Below are positions 1-14,760 of a stretch of 64,000 bases of DNA, piece after piece. Under the pieces are notes generated by a model. That model saw nothing but the letters and a program-made list of their open reading frames with translations, had not been told where the DNA came from and searched no databases. Made by a program: the position numbers and the translations under genes. The DNA comes from Geosiphon pyriformis uo1 (Eukaryota; Fungi; Glomeromycota). Position 1 is the first letter of the stretch, and every line of letters begins with the position of its first letter. The stretch is from positions 897,166 through 961,165 of the forward strand of contig JAAOMT010000659.1 of assembly GCA_016748015.1 (NCBI GenBank), given 5' to 3'.

Positions 1-3000
1 TCCAGTTGAACCAAAACCTTAAGTTCCTCTTTCACTTTTTTCCAATTGTTCTCTGTTGTTTACTAATTGTAAACCCAAAATGTTAATTAAGAGTAAGTAA
101 ATTGCTTGAGCAATTTTTTCAGCATGTTCAATTTTGAATGGTTTGTTTGTCTCATTCTGTAACATGATGATAATGTCTCCAATGTATCCTGTATCTATAA
201 CTCCTCTTCTAATATTGATTCTTTTGCTTGCCAATGATGATCTGGAGGCAATTTGCATCATTGCTCCTGGTGGAATTTCAAGAGCAATTTTGAGATTGAT
301 TTTTGTCAAGGACTTTGGTTGGAAAACTAAAGTATTTTTTCCTGGGTATCTTAAGTTATATCCAGCATCAATTTCGTGTGCTTTTTCTGGTCTGATTCCT
401 TGACCATGGTTGTCAAAATATTTAAGTTGTAGAGGTGGTTGCTTTTTAAGAAGATAGATGGGGGTGGTTGGTAATTCTTCTACTAGTTCAAATACTTCAA
501 ATTCGATTTCATTTTCATCATTCTCATCTGGCAGAGGAATGTTAAGAGCATAACATTCTAAACACCATTGGTTATCACAAAACATAACACATTCTTTACA
601 CAATTGAATGTTTATTTGCTCTAATTGTTGAATTTGAGCTTCTTTGGTTGGATATGTGTGGCTTGCAATTTGGTGGTAGGTTTCTATTTCATCTTCATAA
701 TCAAATCCAGCTAATTCCATAATATACTCAATATATTCAGCTTCTTTCATTTGGTGGACATCTTCTTGGGTGGCTTTATTGATCAATGCCATTGCTAGGT
801 CAAAAATCATTTCAGCATCATAAAGGTAGTGGTAAAGTTTATTGAAAATACTGTTGTATGCTACATTAAATGGTGTTCTTCTTCTGACTTTTTCCGAAAT
901 TGATAGAGCATATTGACAGGTTTGATCACATACTCCTCCTTTCATTGCAATATCAATCCAGTTGCATTCTTCTAGTAGCATATCTCCACATGTAAGACAA
1001 GGAGTTTTGTTCCATTTTCCACTTCTCTTTGGGAATCCAAATCGTTCTCTATGGCATGCCTTGCAAAAGTACCAAGTGCGAGTTTCGTATTTTTCTTCTG
1101 GGGAAATACAGGCTTCCATAGATGAAAGCTTCTTTTTGCAATCTTTGTATTTTAGTGAAATGTATGGTGGTTTTTTTCGTGGTTCTAGTGTAGAATATCT
1201 AACTTTCTTCTATCATCTTGATTCTTCAAAAATCTTTTGTTCTGTTTTCTCAGCCCAATTGGATGGTAATCTAAGAGCCATGTAGGTTTCAGTGAGTGGC
1301 ATTTCCTTCTCTTTTTCAAATTCAAATACTGAAGTTTTTTCTGATTGTTTGTTAAAGGTACCACAGGTTGCAGATACTATGGTATATTGTTCTTGGTATG
1401 AGATTTTAAGTTCTTGAGTTTTCCAGTTCAGGTTTGCATTGGCCTTAAGAAGCCAATCATTTCCGACTAGAGCTTGGTATTGGGATGCATCCATAACAAG
1501 AACTTTAACTGGAATGGTAATTCCATCAATTGTAAAGGAGAAATCATTAATTTCTCCTACTAGAGTCTTCTTCATACCATCAGCTGTGACAATAACTGTT
1601 TGAGCTGGTCTGTCTACGTTTCATTTGAGTTGTTGCATCAGCTGGTAAGTGATGATACTTCCAGCTGATCCACTATCTAAGATTAAGTGAATGGGTTTTT
1701 CTTCTACTGTAGTTTCTGTATACATAGCAGTAATTGCTTTCTGTTCATTGACTGCTGTATTACTAAGCAGAAATGGTGATTCATTTGCTTCAAATTCAAA
1801 TAGAAATATATCTGACAGATTGGCATTTTGGGCAATTTGAGCTGGTGGAATGGTGTAGTTAGAAGAGTTTGATCTTGGTGCTGCAACTTCATCTTCAGAA
1901 AGTGCAGTTTGTTGAAAATTCGATTCCTCTGGTATTGTAAAATAACTGGGTTGAGTGTGATAATGATTGGGTCTTTGCTGACCAGAATTTCGGAGAACCA
2001 ACTGGTTATTTGGATTGATTCTGTTGTTATTATTCTGCAATTGATTTTGGGGTGTGAATTGGTTATGTTGAACCAATCTTCTTGCTGATACTTGATATTG
2101 TTGAGTAGGTGGTGTCTGATATGGCTAAATTGGTAAAAATTGCTGATATTGTTACTGCATTGGTTATAGAGCTGGTGGATAGTAACTGTTTTGATTTTGT
2201 GGTCTTGGTAAATAATAGGTTGGTAGTAGAGATTAGTAATAAAATTGTTGTGGTAAAGAGTAACATTGATTACTCCTGTTTTGTTGGTCTCTTTGTAATT
2301 TCCTACAATCTCGTTTCCAGTGTCCTAGAATTCCACAATAATGACAATTTTGAGATTGGTTGTTGGATGGTAATCCAAAATTGTTTTGGTTGCGTCATTG
2401 TGGAGGTTGATATCTTTGTGGTTGTTGTTGCTATTGTTGTTGGTTTGTGAAGTAGCTTTCAACCTTTTTTGTGAGTTGGTCTATCTTCTCTTCAGCTGCT
2501 GAGCTGGTTTCTCCAATTGCAAAGTTTACAAGCTTGGTGTAATTTGCTTCTTCTATTGCCATTTTATAGCTCTTTGTATGTCTAATAGCAGTTGCTAAGT
2601 CTGCTGGAGCATGTGGATAGACTTTCTTAATCAGTTTGTCTTTTAACCCTGCTATAAATTGATCCAGAATTTAAGCATCAGAATAGTAGTTATTGGTTTC
2701 CAATTGTCGGATTTGTCTGAGAAGTTTGTTAAATCTTCCAAGAGAGGTTATAACAGTTTCAGATGTTTCTTGTTTGATATTGTGAAAGCAGTTTCTGAAA
2801 GTGATAAAGGTATTGTTGTTAGTGAATTGTTGTAAAAAAGCATCTTTGAATGCTTGTCAGTTTTCAAATGTTTTTTCTAAATTTTCAAACCATTTTTCTG
2901 CTGTTCCTTAGAGAAAGTAGAGAATTGCTTTAACCATTCTTGCTGCAATCCAACCATTTGCATCTCCTGCTTTTTGAACTTTGTCAAGCCATTCTTGAGA

Positions 3001-3792
3001 ACTGGTATCATTGTCTTTACCAGTGAATTCTGGAATTTTTGCAATGTAAGCAGTTGCCATTTCTTTTTTGTTTTCTGTGATTTCTTCTGGTTCTGATTCA
3101 GTTTCTTCACTTTCCAAGCTTTCTGAATGATTACTTTCATTTTCCTGTAAGTAATCAATAATATTGGCACTTGTTGATATTGGTTTTTGTTGTTGAGTAA
3201 GATTTTTAGGTGACTGAAAATCTTTTGGTCTGGAGAAACAGTTAAGTAATGAACTTAGTGTTTGTGATTGAATAAGTGAAATTGAAAATGGTGTAATAGA
3301 AAATGGTAAAATAGAAAATGGTAATTTGACACTGGTTCCTTGTTCAGGTGTTTGCAAGTGTTTGGCAGTTGTCTTTAATAGTATTGGAGTATTTGGAGTG
3401 GTTCTTGAGTATTGTTTTACTTTTTGTTTGCCTTTGTTGTTTGTCTCTGTTTCTGATTCAAAGTTAAAAGAGTATTTGGGCTGTACTGGGTATTTTTTTT
3501 CACAGTACTCAATAATATTAAAATTAAGTTCTTGGAAGTAGGTAGCAAGTGTTTCACTGTTCAGGTCTTCTGTTCCCAATTGTGAATAGTGCACTAAATT
3601 ATTGTAGAGGTTGCTTTTAACTTCTGAAATGTTGTAGTTTCTAAAAAGATAATTGTTAATATGGTTTTCAATATATTGGTATACTGATTTCTTAAAAACT
3701 TCAATTCTGTCTGGAATGTTGAATTTTTGCTTGCAGTGAGTGTAAATTGACTGGTAATACTCTAGAGTTGCTGTGTTTGGTGTGGTTGCCAC
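1..3792 (-). pseudogene. A1 gag-pol (Gag, CCHC Zn knuckle, aspartic protease, Cys-rich domain, dUTPase), interrupted by stops
   Basis: ORFs 2908-3792, 1621-2076, 1213-1575 and 19-1119 are all in one frame. Motifs: CYYCGILGHWKRDC, DSG protease, dUTPase AGYNL / RSS / GVIDTGYIG / IAQ / *GFGSTG. Confidence 0.92.
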
Positions 3793-3837
3793 TTTGAATT
3801 TGTTGTTGCTGTGTTATTTTCATGGGAGAGCACCAAA

Positions 3838-5064
3838 TATTACTGGAGGTTTTTGGTCTCTTTTCTTAAATGTTGTTAATGTCTGTTTGTTGTAAATTCA
3901 TGTTTTCTAGAAGTAATTGGACCTCCAGTAACTGAATTTATCTTCAAATTATCTTCTATAATTTGAACTGCTGGGCTTATAAGTAGAATAACCAATTTCT
4001 TGTCAGTTACTTTATGTAGTTACATTATAGTAAATGTCAACTCTTTTCCAGGAATTGCTTATCTGGAAGCTCACTAAAAATGTGTAGTTACTTTGCTGTG
4101 AAAGTCAACTTTTCTACAGGAATCTCATTTGTAGGCTACTCTAATTATTATAATAAGAAAATAAAAGAAAAGTAAAAGAAATTGAATTTTGTCAAGAGAA
4201 ACGTTTTCTATTTAGGCCTGGAATCACTAACAGTTTACTGAAATTGGTAGCTAATCAATTTCAAAATGTTAGTTAGGTTTTGGGAATTTTCCAAGTACAA
4301 TAATTAAAAAAATTTGGTTTTTTGAATTATTTGATATTTATTTCTTTTTGTGTGTATAAGAATGGTTCTAGTAATAAAATCTAAAGTAAGATATATTTTC
4401 TTGAAGAAAAAAGCTCTTCTTTTATACAACTTGTTGTAATACTAGTCTATGAACTTGCACTTTTTCTTTTTGCTCAAATTTTGGCAAACTAAAAATACAT
4501 TTTGATGAACTACAAGTTATTTCACTGAACTATTGATTAATTTGGGTGAACTATTCATAATTTCGGCGAATTTCTGTAAATTTCGGTGAATTTTAGAATG
4601 TTACAAAGTTCAGAGTATTGTGTAATTTAATCATCCTACTTTCTGTTATACTAATTAGATTATTTTAATTAAATCGTGATATGTGATAATTGATTAAATA
4701 ATAAATGATAATTTGAAATAATATTAATATACTAATNNNNNNNNNNNNNNNNNNNNAAAAATACATTTTGATGAACTACAAGTTATTTCACTGAACTATT
4801 GATTAATTTGGGTGAACTATTCATAATTTCGGCGAATTTCTGTAAATTTCGGTGAATTTTAGAATGTTACAAAGTTCAGAGTATTGTGTAATTTAATCAT
4901 CCTACTTTCTGTTATACTAATTAGATTATTTTAATTAAATCGTGATATGTGATAATTGATTAAATAATAAATGATAATTTGAAATAATATTAATATACTA
5001 ATTAATTATAGGGATTATAAAGGTAATTTCATGCTAATTACTAGCTAAAATTCTACTGGTAACA
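3838..5064 (-). repeat. Family A LTR (A1 5' LTR; true length ~960 bp, inflated by an assembly gap overlap)
   Basis: Reverse complement aligns with 36660-37630. Contains a 20-N gap (4737-4756) with 4491-4736 duplicated after it. Confidence 0.9.
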
Positions 5065-6055
5065 CTGGTTACATACATCAGAGCCAGATGTGTTGTTGTT
5101 TGTTTTGAGTCAGCCAAATCATTAGATGCTATTATGGAAACCACACCTGTGTTAAAAGATGCTCATTTTCATTGGTTCTATCTTGGTTCTGCTATATATG
5201 CAAAGTGTGGAAGGTTGAATCATACTTCTTTGGGCTGTGGTTTTGGTAGAAAATTGCTTTCTGGTAAGTTGCCACGCCAGGTGTTTTCAGATTTTGATAA
5301 AAGTAGACTGGCAACCATTTATGCCAAGCGTTCAGCTCTGGTCACTTGGCCAGTTGCTTTTGATGATGCTTCATGGGCTAGTGTTGTTAATGAGTCTTCT
5401 TTTCCCCCTTTCTCTGGTCAGAATGTTTTTTTAAAAAATGGCTCCTCTTCGGTGATGAAGCCTACCCTGCTGGTGTCTTTAGAAATGAATGATAGGTTTG
5501 CTGCTCTTGAGTGCAGTCTTGCCAGCCTCGCAGAGTGAGTTGATAAGCTGGCTAAGAGGTTGGACACACCTGGGCCAATGGTTTTTCAGCTTAGCCCTGG
5601 ACATCAGCCATTGATGACTCCTTCATCACAGAATCAAGGGGCAGATATAGTAATGAGTGAGAGTTCAGGTGTGGTCACTAGTGATGAGACTGTTGTGGGG
5701 ACAGTGATTTTTGATCTTTCAGTTGTCTTGAAAATGGAAGAAACTTTAAAAAATTTTTCAGTTATGGTTATGAGTCTTTCAGCTAAAATAAACAATGCTG
5801 GTCTGGTGCCTATTATTCATTCTTCTTAATGATAGATCTGATTTGAAAAGTTGTCACATGTAATGTTAGAAGAATAAATAATCCTGCAAAACAGGAAGAT
5901 ATCATTTATTGGCATAAGGATATGAGCAATTTAATTTCTATTTTTACAGAATCAAAGCTGAAGGAAAATGTTCATCTGTAAATTGCTAACAAGTTTGATG
6001 GTATTTGGGTGTTTACTTCTGGTTTGGATTCTGGTTATCTGAGTGCTGGTGTGAC
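5065..6055 (+). mobile_element. LINE fragment: ORF1 C-terminus plus start of ORF2 (AP endonuclease)
   Basis: ORFs 5134-5538 and 5560-5829 match ORF1 at 27660-28367. ORF2 starts MIDLI*KVVTCNVRRINNPAKQEDII...TESKLK, like 28364 onward. Truncated at a TA run. Confidence 0.88.
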
Positions 6056-6199
6056 TATATATATATGTTTATAGTTCTACAAAAAAACATATTATAATAT
6101 TTTTTTTTGATATTTTAACTTGGTATTTGCTATTATTACTAATTAGTATTAGTTATTATTGCAAACTGGTGCTTGTTATTATTACAAGATAATGCTTGT

Positions 6200-9100
6200 T
6201 ATTATGTTAATTATTATTTTTTTAAGATTATTGTTGTGTTATATTATAATTAAAAATTTTATATTTTTTTATATTTTTTTGCTAAATTTTTGAATTATAA
6301 TACCAAAAAACAAACAATTTTTTGAATAGTATTTTACATAAAATTCAGATTAGAAAGTTTTTTTAAATAATTAAAAGCTTTATTAAACACCATAATATTT
6401 ACCAATATAATATTTTTAAACCAAGTTTATTTGATTATATTAGTTTTTTTAAAGTTGTATTTCTATTAATTTTTATTAATATGCTTGCAAAAAACATTCA
6501 AGTATTTGTTCAAAATATTACTTAAACCAATAGAAATAAAAATAGCAAAGTAGTTAATATTAAAAAAATTATTTATATTTAAAACTACTTTGTTAATTAC
6601 TATATTAATCAAATTTAATAATATAAAAACATAATCAATTGTTTTTTTGACTCTTTTAAGATTTTTTATATAAAAATTTTAATAAATAAATTATCAATCA
6701 AAAAATTAATCAAACCAAAATCAATACACTTTTTGAAATTAGTATTATATTTAATATTATTTTTATTGAAATTATTTTTTAAAATAACAAAAGTATTTTT
6801 ATTAAATATACTAACTATAAAAAAATTGATAATAAATATTTAATTTAACTGTTTTTTTCAGAAATATATTTACATATAATCTCAAAACAAAAACTGACTG
6901 TTTGTTTTTAAATAATAAACAAATCATTAAAAGTTTATCAAAAGTTTTTAAAATTTTTAAAATATGTTTAGCCAAATATTATTTACAATTAATACAACAC
7001 TAGTATTTATATATTCTAAATTTAAACCAAAAGTGAATACTCTTATATTCATAAATTTATTTGCAATTTATAATTTAATATTAAAATAAAGCTTAATTTT
7101 AGTAATAATTAAAATGTTATTTTTTAATTCTCTATATTGCTTAATAATATTATTCTATTTAACAAAAATGTTTACTTTTTTAATATTATATATAGCTATT
7201 TTTCAAGTTAAGTTACTTATTGAAAATATAAAGAAAGTAACATATTATTGCTTAAACTAAAGAATTTTAGTTTATTTATAATTAACTTTATTAAATTTTT
7301 TAAAATTATTATATTAGTTTTTAAATCATTAATTTTAATAATTAAAACTTTAGATCCACTAAAAGAAATATTTCAAAATACATTAGTTATATCTGATAAC
7401 AAATGAAAAAACTGTAATAATATTTTAATAGCTAATTTAAATTTTAGACTATTATATTGTATAAGCATTTTTTTGGTATTTAATAATAATATATAATAAA
7501 TAAAAATGTTTAACTTATAAATAATATTAACAATATAATTAGCCAACAATTTTATAGAATATTTTAAAATATCTAAATAAAAAATCAAAATCAAAGTTGC
7601 TAAGTTATTATTAGAACTGTTAAGTAAAAATTCTACCAAAAAAATACTAATTAATAACATAAATAAAAGACAATTTAAGAAATCACTTATTATAAAAGCC
7701 TAAATAATATTATTAAAAAACACCAAGTAAAACACTAAAGCTTGTTTTTTTGTATAAATAAAAGCAAAATGCTTTTTATTAGAATTAGAAAAAAAAAATT
7801 TCAAATTTTAACCAAAATTTTTTAAATTCAACTTATAAATACTAAAAATATGACTGTATTTTTTCTATTTAATGTATATAAAAGTTAACAATTTAGTTCA
7901 AATTAAGCTTACACTCTTAAAAACAGAAATTAAATAAACAGCAGCATATTTGGCTTTAGCAGAATTAAAATACATAATAATACAATATATATATATATAT
8001 AATACAGAATTTTATAAAATAAAACATATTTTTCTACTATAAAACAAGAAAAGTTTAGAAAAATTGTTATTATTAACCAAAATTTGAAATATTATTTAGC
8101 ATAAAATTATTTTTATAATTTTTATTGTTTATTAGCATATATTATTATTTTAATTTATTACTTATTATCTTAACAAATTATTTAAATTATTATTCAATTA
8201 ATAATTCGATTTATACAAAACACAAATATAATTATATTATAATAATCAGATTATGTAATACACTAAATTATGTAACATTTAAATTTATTAAAATATTTTA
8301 GTAATTTGATAAAATATTTAACAGTTTATTAAAATAATCTATAGTTTGCAAAAATAACTTGTATTTTGATAAAATATATTTTTAGTTTATTAAAATATTA
8401 AAAAAAAAGTGCTAGATTATAGAATAATAATAAACAAATTATATAAAAAAAAAGCTTTTCTCTTTAAAAAAATATATCTTAGCTAGAATTAATTTTTTTT
8501 TAAATATCTTTTTTATAAATCAATTCAAATAAAATTTACTTAAAAAACATAAATTCTTTAATTATTTTTGTTTCAAAATCTACTATTTCATACTAACAGT
8601 TTAAAATTAATTAGCTATTAATTTCAGTAATTATTAATAACTTTTAAGTTTGGATTTAAAACAACTTTCTTGATACATATTTTTATTTTTTTTCTTTAGT
8701 TTACAATTTTATTTTATTTTTTATTTTTATTTTTTTATTTTTATATTATTGGATAATTTACAATCGAAATTTTCTGTAAAAAAGTTGATTTTTATAGCAA
8801 AATAACTATATATATTTTTAAAAAGCTTACAGATAAAATTTTTTGTAAAAAAGTCAACTTTTATTATAAAGTAACTATACAAGTAATTAACATAAAATTG
8901 GTTATTTTATCATAAATCCAACAGTATATACAGTTTAAAATATAAAAAGATACTTTGAAAAAAATTTTAACTTATTAAAAATTTATTATCTTTTATTAAT
9001 AGTAAAATTAATAATAAAACAGTATTAACAATATTAAAATAAAAATAAAAAAATCTTTAATAAATATTATAAATAATAGTGCTTATTAGCAAAGTGTATA

Positions 9101-10100
9101 GAAAAGTACAATAATAGTTTTTCAAATCTTATGTTTGTTTGTTATTATTGGTTTTGATTATGTAAACAAAATTTGTGTTTAGCAAAATTAATTATTTGAA
9201 AACAACCAAGTTAGCAGTTTTTGTATTATTAAATTTAATTAATATTTTTTGCCAAAAACCAATAAATTGTATCTTAATAGATTTTACTATATTTAATTAA
9301 TATTGATTTTAAAGCTGATTTGAACAGATTAACCAGAATTTTCTTAACAATAACTTTTTAATCTGATTTAATATTAAGTTTTTTTAAATTAATATTAACT
9401 TTGATATTTATTTTTATAGCCAATTATTTAGCAGTTTTTAAACTAATTTCAGATGTGAATATAAATTTAATAATGTCTTAAAATTTTAAAAAATTGATGT
9501 TTCTTCAAAATCATTAATTTAATAAAAAAGTTTTTTAATAATAAATTTAATTTTTTTGTTCAGAGACTTGTTAAAAACCACAACAAAACCAACATTTAAT
9601 GTGAATAATTTAACTAGTTTAAAACTTTTATTTTCCTTGGTATTTGTAGTCATAAGTACAATAATATTAATAGATATAAGCAATAAAAAATCAAAAACTT
9701 TATTATTACTTAATATATTAAAAGATAGCTTCTTAGAAAGCTTAAATAAATTGTAAATTATAAAATAAATGTCTTTTGGTATAATTTTATCTATGAATTT
9801 ACTGTTACTTAAACTATTTTAATTGATATAACTGGTTTTTTCTACTATTATGTTTTTTAAATTTTCTAAATTAGATGTTTTAGTAATACTTCTTATTTTG
9901 CTATTAATTTTATTGCTTTAAAATTAATACTTACTTATGTTACTACTTTTTAATACATTTATAATTAAAGGCCCAATTGATGAATTTATAATATTAGATT
10001 CAGCAACAATTTTTTTGAATTATTTAACAAAGTTCTTTAAATTATATATATATGTATTTTGGTTTTTTTAGACTAAAGCAATTTTTTATATTATTTTTAC
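6200..10100 (-). mobile_element. Highly decayed LINE (ORF1 and 5' part of ORF2), split by a solo LTR
   Basis: The reverse complement of ~9080-9220 and ~7880-8060 back-translates (undoing C>T/G>A) to ORF1 motifs such as ADLVASKWSIL...ALLYTLP and C.VCFDSA. Boundaries approximate. Confidence 0.6.
8071..9066 (+). repeat. Decayed solo LTR related to family A
   Basis: Colinear with the A LTR (attatttagcataaaattat..., two aaaagttgatttttatagcaaaataacta-like repeats). Flanked by TTAT on both sides (4-bp TSD), and LINE ORF1 continues across it. Confidence 0.7.
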
Positions 10101-10479
10101 CAATATTTGTAATTTTAATTAAACTACTAGTTAAAATTATAAATGAACTTGTATTAAAAAAAATAGTTAAAAAAATAAAAAAATAAAAAAAATAAGTAAA
10201 TAACCATTTTTTAAATTTCAGTAGTTTTATTATAAGCAAAAAATTAATAAAAAAAAGAGTTTTTTGATTAATTTAAAAATAAAAAAAACTTATTTATAAA
10301 TTATATAATTTATAATACATATTAGAAAAAAGTAATATTTTATAAATAAAACAAAAAAATAAATATAAAAACATATTTATAATAAATAATATTTATAAAT
10401 TATTTTAATAAAAAAAAGTATTAAGTATTTTTAATTTAAAAAATATATAAATTTTATTTATTTAAATAATTAATTATAT

Positions 10480-12116
10480 ATAAAAAATACATAAGTTATA
10501 TGTATTGTATATTATTTTAAATAATAATTTAAACTAAGTATGAATTATGTTTTTTCTATATGTAACCAGCCATTTGGACTGATTAGAACAATACTATATA
10601 CTTATATAAACCAAAACTAAGTCTTTAATGCCTAAAAAAAACAAGCAAGACTTACATAAGCCAAAACTAACACCAAATGTTTCAGTAATACTGAGCAGTC
10701 TAATTACATCAACAGAAAACACCATAGACAATTCAAAAATAAAAACAAAAACCAAACTATTATGTGAAATCAGCCTATTTTTTTTCATAAAGACATGATG
10801 CTTAATATGAATCAACCAAACCTCTTTCCTAAAAACAAGCCAAAAATCATGCACAAAACTTATAATCTTCAGACCTGCAACTTTGGAATCACCAAAAACA
10901 AAAACAGCCTCTTGATGTTAATTATTAAGAACAAAGCTCTTGCAAAAAGTCATACATTGTAACATTAGAAACACAAGAAAACATTAACTGAAATACACAT
11001 AAAAAAGAATGAAGAAAACCAAAAAGCACTTTTTAAGTATCTGCATAGACATTTAACAAATAATGGTAAACAGAATTGTTAATTGTGCAAAAAAAAACAT
11101 GGTCTGAGATCTCAACATTATCACAATACAAACATATTATATTGAAGTAATACTTATTATACAAATACTTTTAAATAACAATGAATAGTTAATAGTGCAA
11201 AGCTTTTATAAAATAACTATAAACACTAGTAGTAAGTCTACTAGTGAAACCAGTAGTCATATGTAAGTTAAAATGCTATACCAAAAATGAACTAAGCCAA
11301 TTAATGTTTGAGAACAAACAATTAGCCAGAATCTTAAAACCAAAACTGATCTTCAAGTGTGCATAATAAATAAAGCAAAAAATTTTATAAACAAAATATT
11401 TAGAATTACTAAAAACAATATTACCACCAGTTTTAATATAATGTTTTTTCAATTGGAGAAAAAACACCAATTAAAGAGAGATACAATATTAGCAAATGCA
11501 TCAATGCATTCATTATCCAAAACATCTGAGTGATTTTTTACTTTGTGTCAGCTAATATTCAAATTTTTGTTACAAATAATGTCTACAATATGCTATCATT
11601 CAATCCAACACTAATTCCAAAAATTTGAACACATCAAATCCAATTTAGATTTGCATGCATCCAAAACTACTTGACTATCTATAAATAATTGAACTAAGCC
11701 ACAAAAGAGAACACACTTAAGAGCCAATACAATAATCTGTAACTTTACTAATATAAAAAACATTAAACCAGAAATCTCAACATTCAAATTTAAATTTACA
11801 TTCTCAAAAAAAACCACAGTACTAGCTCTTATGTGGGTTGTTCTTAAGTTTTTTAAAGACCTATCTATATAGACAAACTACTAATATTAACATCTAATAA
11901 ACAACCACAAACCAATTCAAATTTACTTGATTCGAAAATATTAAAAGATTCAGTATTACCCAAAAAAGAGGAAGAAAGCCATACCACTAAAAAAGTTAAC
12001 AAAAAGCTTAAATTATTCAGAAATAGGGCCATAAAAATCCAATTTCTTCCAATACTTGAAGGTTTTTTAATCAAAAATATTACTATTTCAACAATAAAAT
12101 TAGTCCACAAAAGCAA
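10480..12116 (-). mobile_element. Decayed LINE 3' portion (RNase H, C-terminal CCHC region, 3' UTR)
   Basis: ORF 11611-11817 has the RNase H motif L..I.LAL...LF.DSQ. ORF 10594-10854 matches the ORF2 C-terminus (..CKSCLFF.GI..V.VYI.I*). The 3' UTR matches 33050-33170. Confidence 0.82.
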
Positions 12117-12599
12117 TACTATATCACCAAAGCAAATTTAATTATTTTTATAATTAGAATATAAATATTATTAAAAAATCTATTAACTTTAATAAAACAA
12201 AATTAATTAAATAAGTATTATATATATTTATTAAAACTAAATAATCAGTTATAATAAATATCAAAAAAATTATATTAATTAATTTTTGCTTTTTATATTT
12301 TATTTTAAACTTAAAATTAAATATTTAAAATTTTTTATAATAACTAACCAAAACAATAATTTAAAATAATATTAACTTAAAAATTTTAAAAAAATTCAAA
12401 AACTTTTTATATTAATTTTTTAAACTCAATTTTTTATAAAAATTATATATTTTGTATTAAGTTTTTGTTTAAAATAAACATTATAATATTAAAAAACCAA
12501 TAATTAATATTTGATATAAAAAATTATTTTTTTATTTTTTTATTAAGATTTAATAAATATAACCTAACTATTATCTAAAAATTAAAAACAAATTAAATA

Positions 12600-14760
12600 T
12601 TCTAATACTAAATATAATTTATGTGCTTTTTATATATAACTAGTTATTTAAGTTAATTCAAGCTATACTATGTTGATACTCTAAAAAAAACTTATTTAAA
12701 AAAAACATTTTTTAAACAATTTTAAACAATATAATAATATTATTAATCAATCCAACCAGCCACTTATTTGTTTTTAAAATATCAGTCTTTATAACAACAG
12801 ATTTATGTTTTCAAAGTAACATCAAATTAGAAAACATATTATTATTAACAAAAAACAAATTCATATAAAGACCAGACATATTAAAATCCTTATAATTATA
12901 CTCAATTTTCAAAGCAATTATTTTTTGTTTCAGCTTATTAAAAGCTTTGTTAAAAATACTTATGTGTACTAAAAGTTTATTGACTTTAAGACCAAAAAGA
13001 CTACTTAAAACCAAATTTTTATTAATAAATTGTTCAAACACAATAATTATAAAACTAACTGACTTAACAATAGAATTAACCAAAGCAAAAAACTTGGCCA
13101 ACTCAAATTTTAAAGAGATTAATTAAGAAGAAATCACAAAATTATTAATCATTATATTAGCAAAAAAAGCTAAACCAACCAAAACCAAAAAAAATGCAGA
13201 AGCAGCAGTTTTAACATAAAACTTGTTGTCAACAACAAAAAAAATAAAAGTCTTGGAAACTTTAAGAGAAAAAAATGAAGACATTTTACAATCTAAAGTC
13301 AAATAATTCAAATTCTAATACCAAAAACAGTGCTGATTTTTAAAAGTTTTTTATTAGATATGGCATTTTTTTAGCATATTAGTTTTAATAATTACAACAT
13401 TTAAATCAACCTGAAATTTAAATATAATCAGAGTAAACTGGAAATAATAATTAGAATCAAGAAAGCAAAGAATAAAATATGTTTAACCACTAACCTAAAA
13501 AATCATATTACTAATTTCAAAAACAGTACAACCAAAAAAAAAATTAACCAATTTGGTCTTAAACTTATCACAAAACAGAATAGTCTTATTTTGATTTATT
13601 AAGAAGAAGATTCTAATATTATTTTTGCTTATTAAAACCAATCAATAATTCAAAACAGACACAGTAAAATCCAGTTTATTAAAATAAACAACCATATATT
13701 ACCAAACACTAACAGATTTTAGCAAAACACAGACAACTTTATTAAACACATTAAAAACAGTCTTAATATTAGCAGCAAATATATATTAGAAACATATTAT
13801 ATAGCATAACAACAGCAAAAAAAAAACCAAATTTAGAAATCACCAAAAACTTGGCAATTTTAAAGATGACCAAAAAAACAAAGCTTATAAGTTCAACCAA
13901 AAAAACAGCTTTCAAAAATTCTTAAAAAGCAAACTCTATACAGAAAAGCTTTATATTGTCTTTTGACATTGACTTTGTATCCAAAAAACCATGTACAGAC
14001 TGAAAAACAGTCTTAACATAAGCCAATTTAATTTTGAAAGTAGTATTAAACACCAAAGTAGAAGCCATTTATTCAATAAATCTTTAATAACTAGTAATAA
14101 TTTCTTAAGCACTATTAGTAGCAGTACCAAAAATCAATAAGAAGAATAATTCAGTTTCTAAAAACAGATGACTTTATAAAAGATAATTACTTTGTTTTTA
14201 AAACCAGTAAAAATTACCAGAAAATATTATATTTAGCAACACAATTAGTAGTTAATCTTAGTCTATCTTAAATAACATATTAGATAATATAACAGAAATT
14301 TCATCTAAGATCTCATTAAAAATTACAAAAAAGTTCAGTATAACAATAGCAAAAGTAAATAACTGCTTCCATTTTTTGAATCTTTGGTCTTTTTAACTAT
14401 TTTTTTAAAGAAGTAATGCTAATAACACCAGGTATAAAAGCTATAAAGAAGAAAACCAGTTTGCTAACTAATCTGTTTTAAAAAATTTTGGGCTTTTAAA
14501 AAAGATAAAGACAATATTAAGACTAATTTATGTGTGTTTTTTTAAAAAAACTTTGACTAAAAAAGAACTAGTCAAAAATAGTTTTTTATTATTAATATTA
14601 AAGAAAAAGTTTTCAAAACATTTTGTCTAGCAGTTTTTACAACAGAAAAAACTTTTTTGATTAAAACTTTGTAAAATGCTAAAAAAAAAGTATTAGTTAT
14701 AGCTTTTTTACTTTTTGTTCTGGTTGTGATCATAAAATTAAGAAAACAAAGAATATTGTT
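12600..14760 (-). mobile_element. Decayed 5' portion (ORF1) of a second LINE-like family
   Basis: The reverse strand begins MITTRTKSKKA and contains a degenerate WSVL..KDSVRI-like ORF1 motif. Similar to 24490-26100. Confidence 0.55.

Larger units (their letters stand above)
1..5064 (-). mobile_element. Ty3/Gypsy LTR retrotransposon family A, copy A1 (5' half; continues beyond window start), inserted into LINE ORF1
   Basis: 5' LTR 3838-5064 (outer end reads TGTTACCAG on the - strand), then PBS TGGTGCTCTCCC, then gag, CCHC knuckle, protease LILDSGSAGS, Cys-rich region and dUTPase. Colinear with copy A2 (36660-41090). The flank at 5065 resumes in LINE ORF1 sequence. Confidence 0.93.

Noticed and set aside
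4491-5002. Perfect ~246-bp direct duplication in the A1 LTR
   Set aside because: It flanks a 20-N gap and is 100% identical in a genome where all repeats are mutated. Removing it restores normal LTR length, so it is a contig-overlap artefact.
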